From a virus: a stretch of 64,000 nt of DNA. This document shows, in pieces, positions 1-8,492 of the stretch. The stretch's first letter is position 1. Each line of letters starts with the position of its first letter. Location: IMG/VR virus record IMGVR_UViG_3300033072_000139, positions 3,083 to 67,082 of that record, one strand, 5' to 3'. Under the pieces are notes generated by a model. The model was not told the DNA's origin. It did not search any database and saw only the letters and a list, made by a program, of their open reading frames with translations. The position numbers and the translations under genes were made by a program.

Positions 1-2
1 AT

Positions 3-239
3 ACTCCTGGGAGAGATTCATCAAAATTAATCGAGCGTTATACAGATGATGAGCTTGACTTATTCTTATCTAGTATTGATTTTGAATATAATAACGAGTA
101 TGAGGCACAAAGTCTATATGGATGTATATGGTTAACAAATGGGGCATGGCTACAGAGGGAGAAGTATAACATAGGCGAGGAGTGGAAGTTCTATAAGTGT
201 CCTACATTACCTAGTAAAAGAATAGTTAGTAACTTTTAA
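3..239 (+). CDS. 5'-truncated conserved phage hypothetical protein
   Basis: Open frame from the window edge (...FLSSIDFEYNNEYEAQSLYGCIWLTNGAWLQREKYNIGEEWKFYKCP...) to TAA at 237-239. Confidence 0.6.
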   Translation, partial: TPGRDSSKLIERYTDDELDLFLSSIDFEYNNEYEAQSLYGCIWLTNGAWLQREKYNIGEEWKFYKCPTLPSKRIVSNF

Positions 240-251
240 ACCCAAATAAAC

Positions 252-1871
252 ATGAAGAAAACAGCACTAGAATGGTTCAATGAATTGCCTGAGCCATACA
301 AATCACAAGCAATTGAAAATGCTACAAATTATAGTCATGGTGGCGACGTAGATAGCGACGTCAATCTATCTATGGAGCATTATTTTATGTCAGAAGCAAT
401 AACATCTTCGATTCATTGGGCAGCCACTCCGCAGGGTCATGATTATTGGAATAGGCTATATGAGCAATATCGTGCATCCGAGAGGCCAGAAAGAGATAGA
501 GTAAATGAGGAAAGGGAGCGGGAGTATCGAGAACAGAGGGAAAAGGAAATGAAAGAGCATGAGGAGAGAATGCAGAACTTAGTCACTATGAGCGAATCTA
601 TGAAACAAATGTTGCGATCATTAGAGGATAAAAGTAAAGTAGCTAGTGCATTGCTAACGCACTCTGACAAAAGATTATTCTGCAACTACATTACGATGCG
701 TGGAGCAATGACATCGTACCTGCCAAATGGGAAGCAGCATAAGGTAAATGACGAAGGAAGGTGGGCAAGAGATGGTCGCCAAGAGATGAAGCCTGCAAAG
801 TTAGCTAAGAGGATTCTACCAGAATCAATACCGCTACTTGAATCTCACTTCGAGCATTACAATAACCTAGTCAAATCTTACATAGGTTTGAATGGCGACG
901 AGGACGGAGACGGCAGAAACATATCTGTAAAAGTAGTATCGGGAGATGATATACGCAGATACTACTACGAAGGTAATTATAGCGAACACGCAGACAGCGG
1001 TAGCAACTTGTGGGGTTCGTGTATGAGGTATGCATCATGCGAAGATTACTTCGATATTTTTGTAGACAATGACAATATAAAAATGCTTGTAGCGTTAGAT
1101 TCAGATAGCAAAGTTGTAGGCAGAGCATTACTATGGGAGTGTACTAACGGAAGGAAGGCGATGGATACCATATATGCACCTGACTCTATCAGACCAATCT
1201 TCATAAGTTGGGCTGTTGACAACGACTACTATTACAAATCTCAGCAATCATGTCATCATAGCTTCTTCGACATGTATCGTGGTAGTAGAGTAGCTGATTG
1301 GTATGGCACTGTTAAAATAAAAAATGCGTACTATGACTACTATCCATACATGGATACCATGATGTATCTCGATACAGGATGTAAAACACTAACTAACGAC
1401 GATGGTGATGGGCACGATAAGACATTGAGGTGCACGGATGGTGGCTACGAGGAATGTGGCACCGTGTATGACGACTATAGCAATCGTGACATAGATGAAG
1501 ATGATGCAGTATATCTTGACTACCACGTTGGAGACGTAAATTGGTCAGGTTACACACACGTAGACAACACTGTCGAAACTATATTCGGGTATCGAATATT
1601 AGAAGACCATGCAGTAGAAGTAGGTAATGACTACTATCCAGAAGGGCATGATGATATTGTATATGTTGAAACACATGGATGTCATTATCACATAGATGAT
1701 ACCGTGTGTACCGAAGACGGCGACCATATACACGAAGAGGATGCAAGAGAGTGCGGGTTTGACGGGCTTATATACCACAAAGATAACATGACAAATTGCA
1801 ATGGGACGATGGTACACAACGATAACTTGGAATCTTATTATGAACGATTAAATCAAGAAGAAAATGTTTAA
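252..1871 (+). CDS. Phage hypothetical protein with SCM/GRALLW/MDTIY core and acidic Cys/His-rich C-terminal repeats
   Basis: 539-aa ORF; motifs GSCMRY, VGRALLW, MDTIY, YPYMDT; stop overlaps the peptidase start. Confidence 0.75.
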   Translation: MKKTALEWFNELPEPYKSQAIENATNYSHGGDVDSDVNLSMEHYFMSEAITSSIHWAATPQGHDYWNRLYEQYRASERPERDRVNEEREREYREQREKEMKEHEERMQNLVTMSESMKQMLRSLEDKSKVASALLTHSDKRLFCNYITMRGAMTSYLPNGKQHKVNDEGRWARDGRQEMKPAKLAKRILPESIPLLESHFEHYNNLVKSYIGLNGDEDGDGRNISVKVVSGDDIRRYYYEGNYSEHADSGSNLWGSCMRYASCEDYFDIFVDNDNIKMLVALDSDSKVVGRALLWECTNGRKAMDTIYAPDSIRPIFISWAVDNDYYYKSQQSCHHSFFDMYRGSRVADWYGTVKIKNAYYDYYPYMDTMMYLDTGCKTLTNDDGDGHDKTLRCTDGGYEECGTVYDDYSNRDIDEDDAVYLDYHVGDVNWSGYTHVDNTVETIFGYRILEDHAVEVGNDYYPEGHDDIVYVETHGCHYHIDDTVCTEDGDHIHEEDARECGFDGLIYHKDNMTNCNGTMVHNDNLESYYERLNQEENV

Positions 1872-2916
1872 CAAAAACTTATTACTAGAGATACTATCTA
1901 TTCAGTCAGAGACATACAACTCTGTTGACATGGAGAACTTTATCATGAAAAAGCTAGAGGAGATGGGTATTGATTATGTTGTCGACCATGGCAATATATA
2001 TGCAGCTAAAGGTAATGGACCTAGCTATCCATGTATAGTTTCTCATATGGATACCGTCCACAAGATTATACCACAGGATCATTTCGCAATCATGCACGAC
2101 GACTATTGTGCCATGGGTTTCGATAGAGGATTGAACATGCCAAGTGGCTGCGGTGGTGACGATAAGGTAGGTATATTCATCTGTCTTACTATGTTACAAT
2201 ATCTAGATGACGTAAAGGTGGTGTTCTTCAGAGACGAGGAGGTAGGATGTCTAGGTAGCGGTGAAGCATTCATGGGATTTTTTGACGATGCTAGGTTTGT
2301 GTTACAATGCGACCGCAAAGGCAATAAGGATTTTGTAAACAATATATTCGGACTCGATTTACAAAGCAAGACGTTTAGCAAAGACGTGTCAACTATCATC
2401 GAATATTACGGCTATGATTTCTCCGACGGCGGCATGACCGACGTATACCAGTTAGCTATGGACGGAGTGGGTGTGTCTGTTGCAAACATGAGCTGCGGTT
2501 ATCACAATCCACACAGCGATGACGAGATTGTGGTATTCGACGAGGTAGAGAATTGCATGAACATGGTATACGATATCATGACAACAATGACAGAGACATA
2601 CTTACACAAAGCAGAGAAGTCATATGGCTACGGCACAGGAGCATACGGAGGATATGGAGGGTATGGTAAATACAATGACAAGTATTCATGGGATACGTAT
2701 GACGATAGCTGGTTCGAAGGCCCTGCTGCAAAACAAAATGATGCAGAGGTAAATGATGTATTCTTATGTGAGGATTGTGGAAACGTAACGAATACAGAGG
2801 AGGCAGAATACATAGCAGATTTTAACGCAATAGTGTGTAAGCAATGTTTCAGGGTACACGAAAGAGATATATACACAGCAAAAAATTATACAACAAATAA
2901 AAAACTACTATTTTAA
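1864..2916 (+). CDS. M20/M28-clan zinc peptidase with C-terminal zinc ribbon
   Basis: SHMDTV, GGDDKVG, DEEVGC, GYHNPH metal-binding motifs; CEDC...CKQC at the C-terminus. Confidence 0.85.
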   Translation: MFNKNLLLEILSIQSETYNSVDMENFIMKKLEEMGIDYVVDHGNIYAAKGNGPSYPCIVSHMDTVHKIIPQDHFAIMHDDYCAMGFDRGLNMPSGCGGDDKVGIFICLTMLQYLDDVKVVFFRDEEVGCLGSGEAFMGFFDDARFVLQCDRKGNKDFVNNIFGLDLQSKTFSKDVSTIIEYYGYDFSDGGMTDVYQLAMDGVGVSVANMSCGYHNPHSDDEIVVFDEVENCMNMVYDIMTTMTETYLHKAEKSYGYGTGAYGGYGGYGKYNDKYSWDTYDDSWFEGPAAKQNDAEVNDVFLCEDCGNVTNTEEAEYIADFNAIVCKQCFRVHERDIYTAKNYTTNKKLLF

Positions 2917-3049
2917 TTATGAGCATTAAAGATTTACAAGAGCAATTACAAGAAGATATTATATCCATAATGGAAGGACAGGATCCGCAGCTAATAGATG
3001 CTGTTTGTCAAGTTATAGTAGACCAATTAAATAAATTAAACCAATAAAC

Positions 3050-3577
3050 ATGAACAATCTAACAGAAAATCAACAAAACATTATTAGTAAAATCGTTAAT
3101 GAATTCAAGAAGATTAATGATGACTACAAAGTGCATGAAGGTGGGCTTATTGACTTAAGTAGTATCGTAAAGGAATTAAATGATGATAAAATTAGAAGGA
3201 GTGAGATAGAGGTACAGAATAATATAAATAAAAATATATTCATAGAAAATGTAAGAAAAGATATTGAAAGAATCAATGAAGACTTAGTTAAATATGGTTT
3301 GATAGCATTCCAAAAATACGAATCTACAATAAGAATAGCAACTCAAAAAGAGTTTAATAAACTGGGTCATTCAAATGTACAATACTATCTTGATATAAGA
3401 TGTACTCAAAATGCAGAGACTATTTACTTTAATAGTAAAATAGATAACATATCAAAGAATGAATCATCATACTATTATCAAAATTGGAGTGGTGAATACA
3501 AATCACTAGAAGATTTGATTGGGACTTCCACTTTCACTGAAGATATGAGAAATCTTATTATGCTACAAAATAAATAA
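3050..3577 (+). CDS. Hypothetical protein
   Basis: 175-aa ORF with A-rich leader AACCAATAAAC. Confidence 0.65.
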   Translation: MNNLTENQQNIISKIVNEFKKINDDYKVHEGGLIDLSSIVKELNDDKIRRSEIEVQNNINKNIFIENVRKDIERINEDLVKYGLIAFQKYESTIRIATQKEFNKLGHSNVQYYLDIRCTQNAETIYFNSKIDNISKNESSYYYQNWSGEYKSLEDLIGTSTFTEDMRNLIMLQNK

Positions 3578-3580
3578 ACT

Positions 3581-3814
3581 ATGAAAAATCAAGTACAAGA
3601 ATGGAGCGATAAAGCTGCCAAAGTATTAGTAGGAAGGAAAATAGTAGACGCTAGGTACATGAATGATGAGGAGATGGAGATGATGGATTGGCACAGCAGA
3701 CCGCTATGCTTTATGCTAGATGACGGGACAAGCTGTATACTATCCATGGACGACGAGGGTAACGATGGCGGTGCATTGTTCTATGGGGAGCGTGGAGTAT
3801 TCCCAACATTATAA
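3581..3814 (+). CDS. Hypothetical phage protein
   Basis: 77-aa ORF, LVGRKIV...SMDDEGNDGGALF motif. Confidence 0.65.
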   Translation: MKNQVQEWSDKAAKVLVGRKIVDARYMNDEEMEMMDWHSRPLCFMLDDGTSCILSMDDEGNDGGALFYGERGVFPTL

Positions 3815-3861
3815 CACATTAAACAATTTCTATTTTATAATCAATTCAAAATCAAATCAAA

Positions 3862-4140
3862 ATGAGTACAAAAAACACAATCAAGACAATTAGCGGTAAA
3901 GAAGTAAATCAACTAACAAAAGTAGGTGACCTATACATAGGTATAGTAGACGGCAAGACATTCACCTGGGACACACGTGGTAGACTAAGTAATGGGGTAT
4001 ACAAATCTAAGAATGACCTCAACCTAAACACGAACTACTATGTAGCTATACGTAAGTGGGGTGCATCATTCAAATCTACTATTTACAATAAGGCTCCGAA
4101 GGGTAGAGGCATTGTAAAAGTATTAGAAGTTTCTATATAA
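3862..4140 (+). CDS. Hypothetical protein
   Basis: 92-aa ORF in the early gene run. Confidence 0.6.
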   Translation: MSTKNTIKTISGKEVNQLTKVGDLYIGIVDGKTFTWDTRGRLSNGVYKSKNDLNLNTNYYVAIRKWGASFKSTIYNKAPKGRGIVKVLEVSI

Positions 4141-4144
4141 TTAT

Positions 4145-4175
4145 TTTGCAAATCAGCAAAAGATTTATAAATTTG
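4145..4175 (+). promoter_or_regulatory. Bacteroidota sigma-A-type promoter (-33/-7)
   Basis: TTTG 4145-4148, 19-nt spacer, TAAATTTG 4168-4175. Confidence 0.75.
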
Positions 4176-4195
4176 TATAAACCAATAAAATTAAC

Positions 4196-4405
4196 ATGGA
4201 AAACCAATCTGTCTACGAAGACAAGGCTTTATTAGATGCCTTTGAGCAATTCGTTCTAGAGAACCAATCATCTGTACCTGCTATGATGGATATAGTTGGC
4301 AAGAATGCTATCTATCTAGTATTTGTAAGCGGGTACATGTCAGCGCTAAACTTTGTTAGCGGTAGTATTAATGATGAGTTTTCAAAAATCCAATCAGTAT
4401 TATGA
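4196..4405 (+). CDS. Hypothetical protein
   Basis: 69-aa ORF directly after the promoter. Confidence 0.6.
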   Translation: MENQSVYEDKALLDAFEQFVLENQSSVPAMMDIVGKNAIYLVFVSGYMSALNFVSGSINDEFSKIQSVL

Positions 4406-4656
4406 TTTATAAAGTATTTAGCGATATCAATTTTGATGATACGCATACGTCAGACACTCAATCTGTATCGACTCTAGATGAGGCGTTAGATTTATATAGA
4501 CAGATATTTGTAACAATGTCGGAGACAATCGTAGATTGCGGAGGATCATTGGTTACTATGCTGTACTCCATAAGTGATGACGATAAAATGGTAATCATTA
4601 AAAGAAATACATTAGACACAACAGTAAATATCATGTCAGATGTCCAACATCAATAA
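4402..4656 (+). CDS. Hypothetical protein
   Basis: 84-aa ORF, ATGA coupling to the previous gene. Confidence 0.6.
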   Translation: MIYKVFSDINFDDTHTSDTQSVSTLDEALDLYRQIFVTMSETIVDCGGSLVTMLYSISDDDKMVIIKRNTLDTTVNIMSDVQHQ

Positions 4657-4861
4657 CCTTCTTATTGCTGCAACCTTGGCTAAGGAAGTAGAGCGTTTGT
4701 CTAAATGCACTATGATTGGTCAGGTATTTTTTAAATCTATACCAGAGCATTACGTTTACGATAAAGAGTATGTAATACACAACTACAGGATTGGTATTTA
4801 CCATTCCGACGGCATATATCTACTAGACGTAAGGGGTGTAGGACTTTTCCAAGTCATGTAA
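4640..4861 (+). CDS. Hypothetical protein
   Basis: 73-aa ORF. Confidence 0.5.
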   Translation: MSNINNLLIAATLAKEVERLSKCTMIGQVFFKSIPEHYVYDKEYVIHNYRIGIYHSDGIYLLDVRGVGLFQVM

Positions 4862-4871
4862 AACTATCATC

Positions 4872-5264
4872 ATGAATAAGATGAATTTAATTAACCCATA
4901 TATTTACCCTGGCATTAGGGGTAAAGATTTGCCTAAAGGTTTCACTAGGCTAATCAGGTTATCGAGCGGTAAGGTAACTCACGATGATATCGTAGCTGCA
5001 ATCACAAACGTTACAAATATTACGTTTGATGAAATGAGAGCTACACGCAGAAAGCAAGATTTAGTTGATGCTAGGCGTATATATTGTTATAACGTAAAGG
5101 TTAGACTAGGGTGGACGTTAGTTGACATAGGTAAAAAATTGTCATCAAGAGACCACACGACTATTATACATAACATCACTACGTATTATGACTTATATAA
5201 GACTAACGATATTTTCAAAGAAAAGGCCGATTGGGTAACGGAAGAACTAGAATGGAAGCCTTAA
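4872..5264 (+). CDS. DnaA C-terminal (domain IV)-like HTH DNA-binding protein
   Basis: RRKQDLVDARRI...TLVDIGKKLSSRDHTTIIH matches the DnaA helix-turn-helix signature. Confidence 0.85.
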   Translation: MNKMNLINPYIYPGIRGKDLPKGFTRLIRLSSGKVTHDDIVAAITNVTNITFDEMRATRRKQDLVDARRIYCYNVKVRLGWTLVDIGKKLSSRDHTTIIHNITTYYDLYKTNDIFKEKADWVTEELEWKP

Positions 5265-5461
5265 ATTACTATTTAGAAAATGGCATGGTGGTATTCACGG
5301 AGCAATTCCTCCTAAACAGAGGGTTCTGTTGCGGTCGTGGATGCCGCCATTGTCCATATAAAGAAAAACAAAATGAACATATTAAAAAAGATATTCGAGA
5401 TACCGAAAGCGGAGAAACCCCCAATGAGTTACGACCACTCAATCCTGACAGCAGAGACTAG
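5252..5461 (+). CDS. Small Cys-rich protein (DUF5522-like)
   Basis: YYLENGMVVFTEQFLLNRGFCCGRGCRHCPY; ATG at 5252. Confidence 0.7.
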   Translation: MEALNYYLENGMVVFTEQFLLNRGFCCGRGCRHCPYKEKQNEHIKKDIRDTESGETPNELRPLNPDSRD

Positions 5462-5759
5462 AGATAAGATGCTAGAAGACCTGTTTAAACTACAAAAGGA
5501 AATACTATGTAAGAAGGGGTACGACTATGCGGGAGAAGATATCCTATCTAACTTCAGGCTAGCTGGTATGATTGTGAATCAATCATCAAACAATCCTGAT
5601 GCTGTTAATTGTTTGAATCTAATTGGCACTAAAGTGGCTAGGTTAGGTCAATTATTAAGCAGTAACAAAGAGGCGTACAACGAGTCAGTTCAAGACTCAG
5701 CAATTGATTTATGCAACTATGCTGCATTATTATATTTAATACTAAAAGTAAAACAATAA
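5373..5759 (+). CDS. Nucleotide-modification-associated alpha-helical protein (DUF1599/MazG-like)
   Basis: KKGYDYAG..NF...KVARL...ESVQDSAIDLCNYA; ATG at 5373. Confidence 0.7.
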   Translation: MNILKKIFEIPKAEKPPMSYDHSILTAETRDKMLEDLFKLQKEILCKKGYDYAGEDILSNFRLAGMIVNQSSNNPDAVNCLNLIGTKVARLGQLLSSNKEAYNESVQDSAIDLCNYAALLYLILKVKQ

Positions 5760-5760
5760 C

Positions 5761-6039
5761 ATGGCAAAGAACAAAGAAAGAAAAACAGAAGTAAGTGAAA
5801 TAGCTACAATGACAGGGGAAGATAAGTATGATGCTATCGTATCGCTAGTTACAATCAACAACTCTATTGAGATTATTGAAAAGATGTACCTAGATTTCTT
5901 ACTTAACAATGAGAATACTGATAAGATGAAGAAAGAGTATGATACCATTGCGGAAAACGATAAGATCCCGTTCGAGGCGTATTGTTTCTTGAGATACTCT
6001 AAAGCATTAACAGACTCACTTAAAAAATTAATCATTTAA
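5761..6039 (+). CDS. Hypothetical protein
   Basis: 92-aa ORF tightly packed between its neighbours. Confidence 0.6.
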   Translation: MAKNKERKTEVSEIATMTGEDKYDAIVSLVTINNSIEIIEKMYLDFLLNNENTDKMKKEYDTIAENDKIPFEAYCFLRYSKALTDSLKKLII

Positions 6040-6040
6040 A

Positions 6041-7042
6041 ATGAATCATGCTAGCTTATTCTCAGGGATTGGTGGGTTTGATTTAGCTGCACAATGGATG
6101 GGGTGGAATAATGTGTTTCATTGTGAGTGGAATCCATTCGGTCAGCGAGTATTAAAATATCATTTTCCAAATTCAATTTCATATAATGACATTACCGAAA
6201 CAGATTTCTCTATTCACAGAGGAACAGTTGATATCCTTACAGGAGGATTCCCATGCCAACCATACTCAGTCGCAGGAAAACGTCTTGGCAAGGCCGATGA
6301 AAGACACCTCTTTCCTGAAATGCTACGAGTTATTAAAGAGGTCCAACCTAGGTTCGTCGTGGGCGAAAACGTTCGTGGGCTTGTTAGTTGGAATGGAGGA
6401 ATGGTCTTCAATGAGGTGTGCTCTGACTTGGAAAGCCAAGGATATGAAGTACAGCCGTTTATTATTCCAGCTGCAAGCGTCAACGCCCCGCATAGAAGGG
6501 ACAGAGTGTGGTTTGTTGCTTACTCCAACGACGAGGGAAGAGGTAGTAGACCTACAAAAGTTCAAGGAGAGAATGGAGAAGTATCCAAATGGAACGACGA
6601 TGCCAAACTTAGCAACACAGGTAGCATCATTACTGCCGACACCTTCGGCATTCGATTGGAACACGGCGCGGAAGGAGGATACATTCATGGCAGCAAAGGC
6701 TCGTCACAAGTTAAAGGGAGTAAACTTACAGAACCCACTCAAACAGATGGCTGTATTAGGGATGTTACCGACACCGAAAGCGCAAGAATCGAGAGGCAAC
6801 GCATCGAGAGACAGAGGCAAATTCAATCTAACGGACGAGGTAGCGAGAATATACGAGCCAAGTTCCAAGAGTTCCCAACTAAACCCCCTATTTGTGGAGG
6901 AGATGATGGGCTTCCCAGAGAATTGGACTCTATTACCTTTTCTAAGTGGAGAATGGAATCAATAAAAGCTTATGGTAATGCGATAGTACCACAGGTTGCA
7001 TATAATATATTCAAAGCAATAGATTTATTTACCAAACAATAA
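6041..7042 (+). CDS. C5-cytosine DNA methyltransferase, alpha chain (motifs I-VIII and X)
   Basis: SLFSGIGG (I), GGFPCQ (IV), ENV (VI), HRRDRVW (VIII), YGNAIVP (X); motif IX is not in this frame. Confidence 0.9.
   Translation: MNHASLFSGIGGFDLAAQWMGWNNVFHCEWNPFGQRVLKYHFPNSISYNDITETDFSIHRGTVDILTGGFPCQPYSVAGKRLGKADERHLFPEMLRVIKEVQPRFVVGENVRGLVSWNGGMVFNEVCSDLESQGYEVQPFIIPAASVNAPHRRDRVWFVAYSNDEGRGSRPTKVQGENGEVSKWNDDAKLSNTGSIITADTFGIRLEHGAEGGYIHGSKGSSQVKGSKLTEPTQTDGCIRDVTDTESARIERQRIERQRQIQSNGRGSENIRAKFQEFPTKPPICGGDDGLPRELDSITFSKWRMESIKAYGNAIVPQVAYNIFKAIDLFTKQ
6186..6965 (+). CDS. C5 methyltransferase beta chain (motif IX), nested in the +1 frame
   Basis: 259-aa stop-free nested ORF ending QLNPLFVEEMMGFPENWT (motif IX-like) with three L(L/P)TP repeats; true start uncertain. 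Confidence 0.75.
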   Translation: MTLPKQISLFTEEQLISLQEDSHANHTQSQENVLARPMKDTSFLKCYELLKRSNLGSSWAKTFVGLLVGMEEWSSMRCALTWKAKDMKYSRLLFQLQASTPRIEGTECGLLLTPTTREEVVDLQKFKERMEKYPNGTTMPNLATQVASLLPTPSAFDWNTARKEDTFMAAKARHKLKGVNLQNPLKQMAVLGMLPTPKAQESRGNASRDRGKFNLTDEVARIYEPSSKSSQLNPLFVEEMMGFPENWTLLPFLSGEWNQ

Positions 7043-7047
7043 TACCA

Positions 7048-7314
7048 ATGAACACAGCAATTCAGTATGTCATAACAATGGAAGCTATGTTAAATCAAAA
7101 CGACTTCCATTCATGGCTGTTAGACAACAGAGCTAACCTACTAGAACTAGAAAAGAACCAATTATCAGATGCTATGATGTATGCATTTGATGAAGATGGA
7201 CATACAGGTACTTGGAAAAAAGCAGTTATAGATAAATACTACAATGACAAGTATAGTAATGAAAAGCTGTATAACATCCCAGGACATAATAATAATATAA
7301 AAGATATAATATAA
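7048..7314 (+). CDS. Hypothetical protein (EKxQIxxA..YY family)
   Basis: 88-aa ORF sharing motifs with the ORFs at 7320 and 9187. Confidence 0.6.
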   Translation: MNTAIQYVITMEAMLNQNDFHSWLLDNRANLLELEKNQLSDAMMYAFDEDGHTGTWKKAVIDKYYNDKYSNEKLYNIPGHNNNIKDII

Positions 7315-7319
7315 ACACC

Positions 7320-7559
7320 ATGACAGCAATAGACTATTTAATAAAAGAAATGAATGCTCTTTACGACAATAAAGACATTAGTGATGACGATAGAAATGAT
7401 TTAATTGAAGAGTTAAAAAAGGCAGCTAAGTTTAAGGAAAGGTTTCAGATAGAAGACGCCTATAGATTTGGCAAGTTAAACTGCTACCAAGTAAGTAATG
7501 GGGAGACTAGCAACATAACAGCCACTGATTACTACGAAGACAAGTACGTAGATGTCTAG
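7320..7559 (+). CDS. Hypothetical protein (EKxQIxxA..YY family)
   Basis: MTAIDYL...KERFQIEDAY...DYYEDKY. Confidence 0.6.
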   Translation: MTAIDYLIKEMNALYDNKDISDDDRNDLIEELKKAAKFKERFQIEDAYRFGKLNCYQVSNGETSNITATDYYEDKYVDV

Positions 7560-7584
7560 TTTTTGATATAAAAAACAGGACAAA

Positions 7585-7632
7585 GTACCTTATATAGCAC
7601 TTCTTTATACAATATTGTCCCTTATAAGACAC
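7585..7632. repeat. Two imperfect palindromic 16-mers
   Basis: GTACCTTATATAGCAC (7585-7600) and GTCCCTTATAAGACAC (7617-7632). Confidence 0.5.
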
Positions 7633-7650
7633 ATTATAAACAAATAACCT

Positions 7651-7845
7651 ATGAAAATCTTTAAAAACAATGTAGAGTTTGTATTTGATAGCCCTTTAAT
7701 GTATGGGCACGACGGATCTATCTTATTGGGATTCAGTCTAACAGAAGGTATTTATGAGTGCTGTGGCGCGCCCGTGCTAGCATTTCAATTAGGATTTTTA
7801 TTCTTCACACTGACAATTACTATATCAGAATACCATAAACATTAA
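7651..7845 (+). CDS. Small hypothetical protein
   Basis: 64-aa ORF with a hydrophobic C-terminus. Confidence 0.55.
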   Translation: MKIFKNNVEFVFDSPLMYGHDGSILLGFSLTEGIYECCGAPVLAFQLGFLFFTLTITISEYHKH

Positions 7846-7852
7846 AAAAATA

Positions 7853-7883
7853 TTTGGCAGTATTAAAAACATTTGTATTTTTG
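7853..7883 (+). promoter_or_regulatory. Bacteroidota sigma-A-type promoter heading the non-coding region
   Basis: TTTG 7853-7856, 19-nt spacer, TATTTTTG 7876-7883. Confidence 0.75.
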
Positions 7884-7893
7884 TACTGCAAAT

Positions 7894-7992
7894 CCGATAA
7901 GGTAGTAGAGATACGTTATCGGGTGTGCTTTTAGAAGGCTAACACCTTTTTGAATCATGCCCATCAAATCTCTACTTTGGTGGGCTTTTTCT
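7894..7992 (+). ncRNA. Putative kissing-loop structured RNA ending in an intrinsic terminator
   Basis: Hairpin CCGATAA/TTATCGG, middle hairpin GGTGT/ACACC, hairpin GCCCATCAAA/TTTGGTGGGC plus U-tract; loops are complementary (AGTAGAGAT/ATCTCTACT). Confidence 0.6.
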
Positions 7993-8484
7993 TTTCTACC
8001 CCCTTCGGTTAGGTTTTAACACGTTTTAGCCTAGTCCTATACAACGATAGTTCAAATAAAAGTTTGCTGTTCTTTACACTTAACTCGTGTGTTTTTCGTA
8101 GCGTCTATGACGCTTAACTTTTTGCACACGTGGAGAAATACATATCAGTACAAAGTGGTAGCCATGTCTTACAGGTTGACAACTGCCGACAAGTAAATTA
8201 AAGTTAAAAACTGATGTGCCGTTAGATATGCGGACGTGTAGTAGGGCTATGAATCCATGAGTTGAAATAAAGTGGAGGATTGTTCAGGTAACTTTTTACT
8301 TGGATATAGAACCTGATATATACATACACTATGGTTAAAGATAAAAAAGAAAGGACGCTGATATTTATATTCTCATTCTTCATACCTTATTTAGTATGGA
8401 TATGGGGATTGATATACTCAGGAGTCATATACGATATAATAGCAGAATTCAAGAAATTATTTAGGATATTGTTTAAATAGTTTG

Positions 8485-8492
8485 TAGTTTTG
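8485..8492 (+). promoter_or_regulatory. -7 promoter element upstream of the structured RNA and tRNA-like gene
   Basis: TAGTTTTG matches TAnnTTTG. Confidence 0.55.

Noticed and set aside
6214-6688. Minus-strand ORFs inside the methyltransferase
   Set aside because: They have no motifs and probably result from the constraint of two overlapping plus-strand frames
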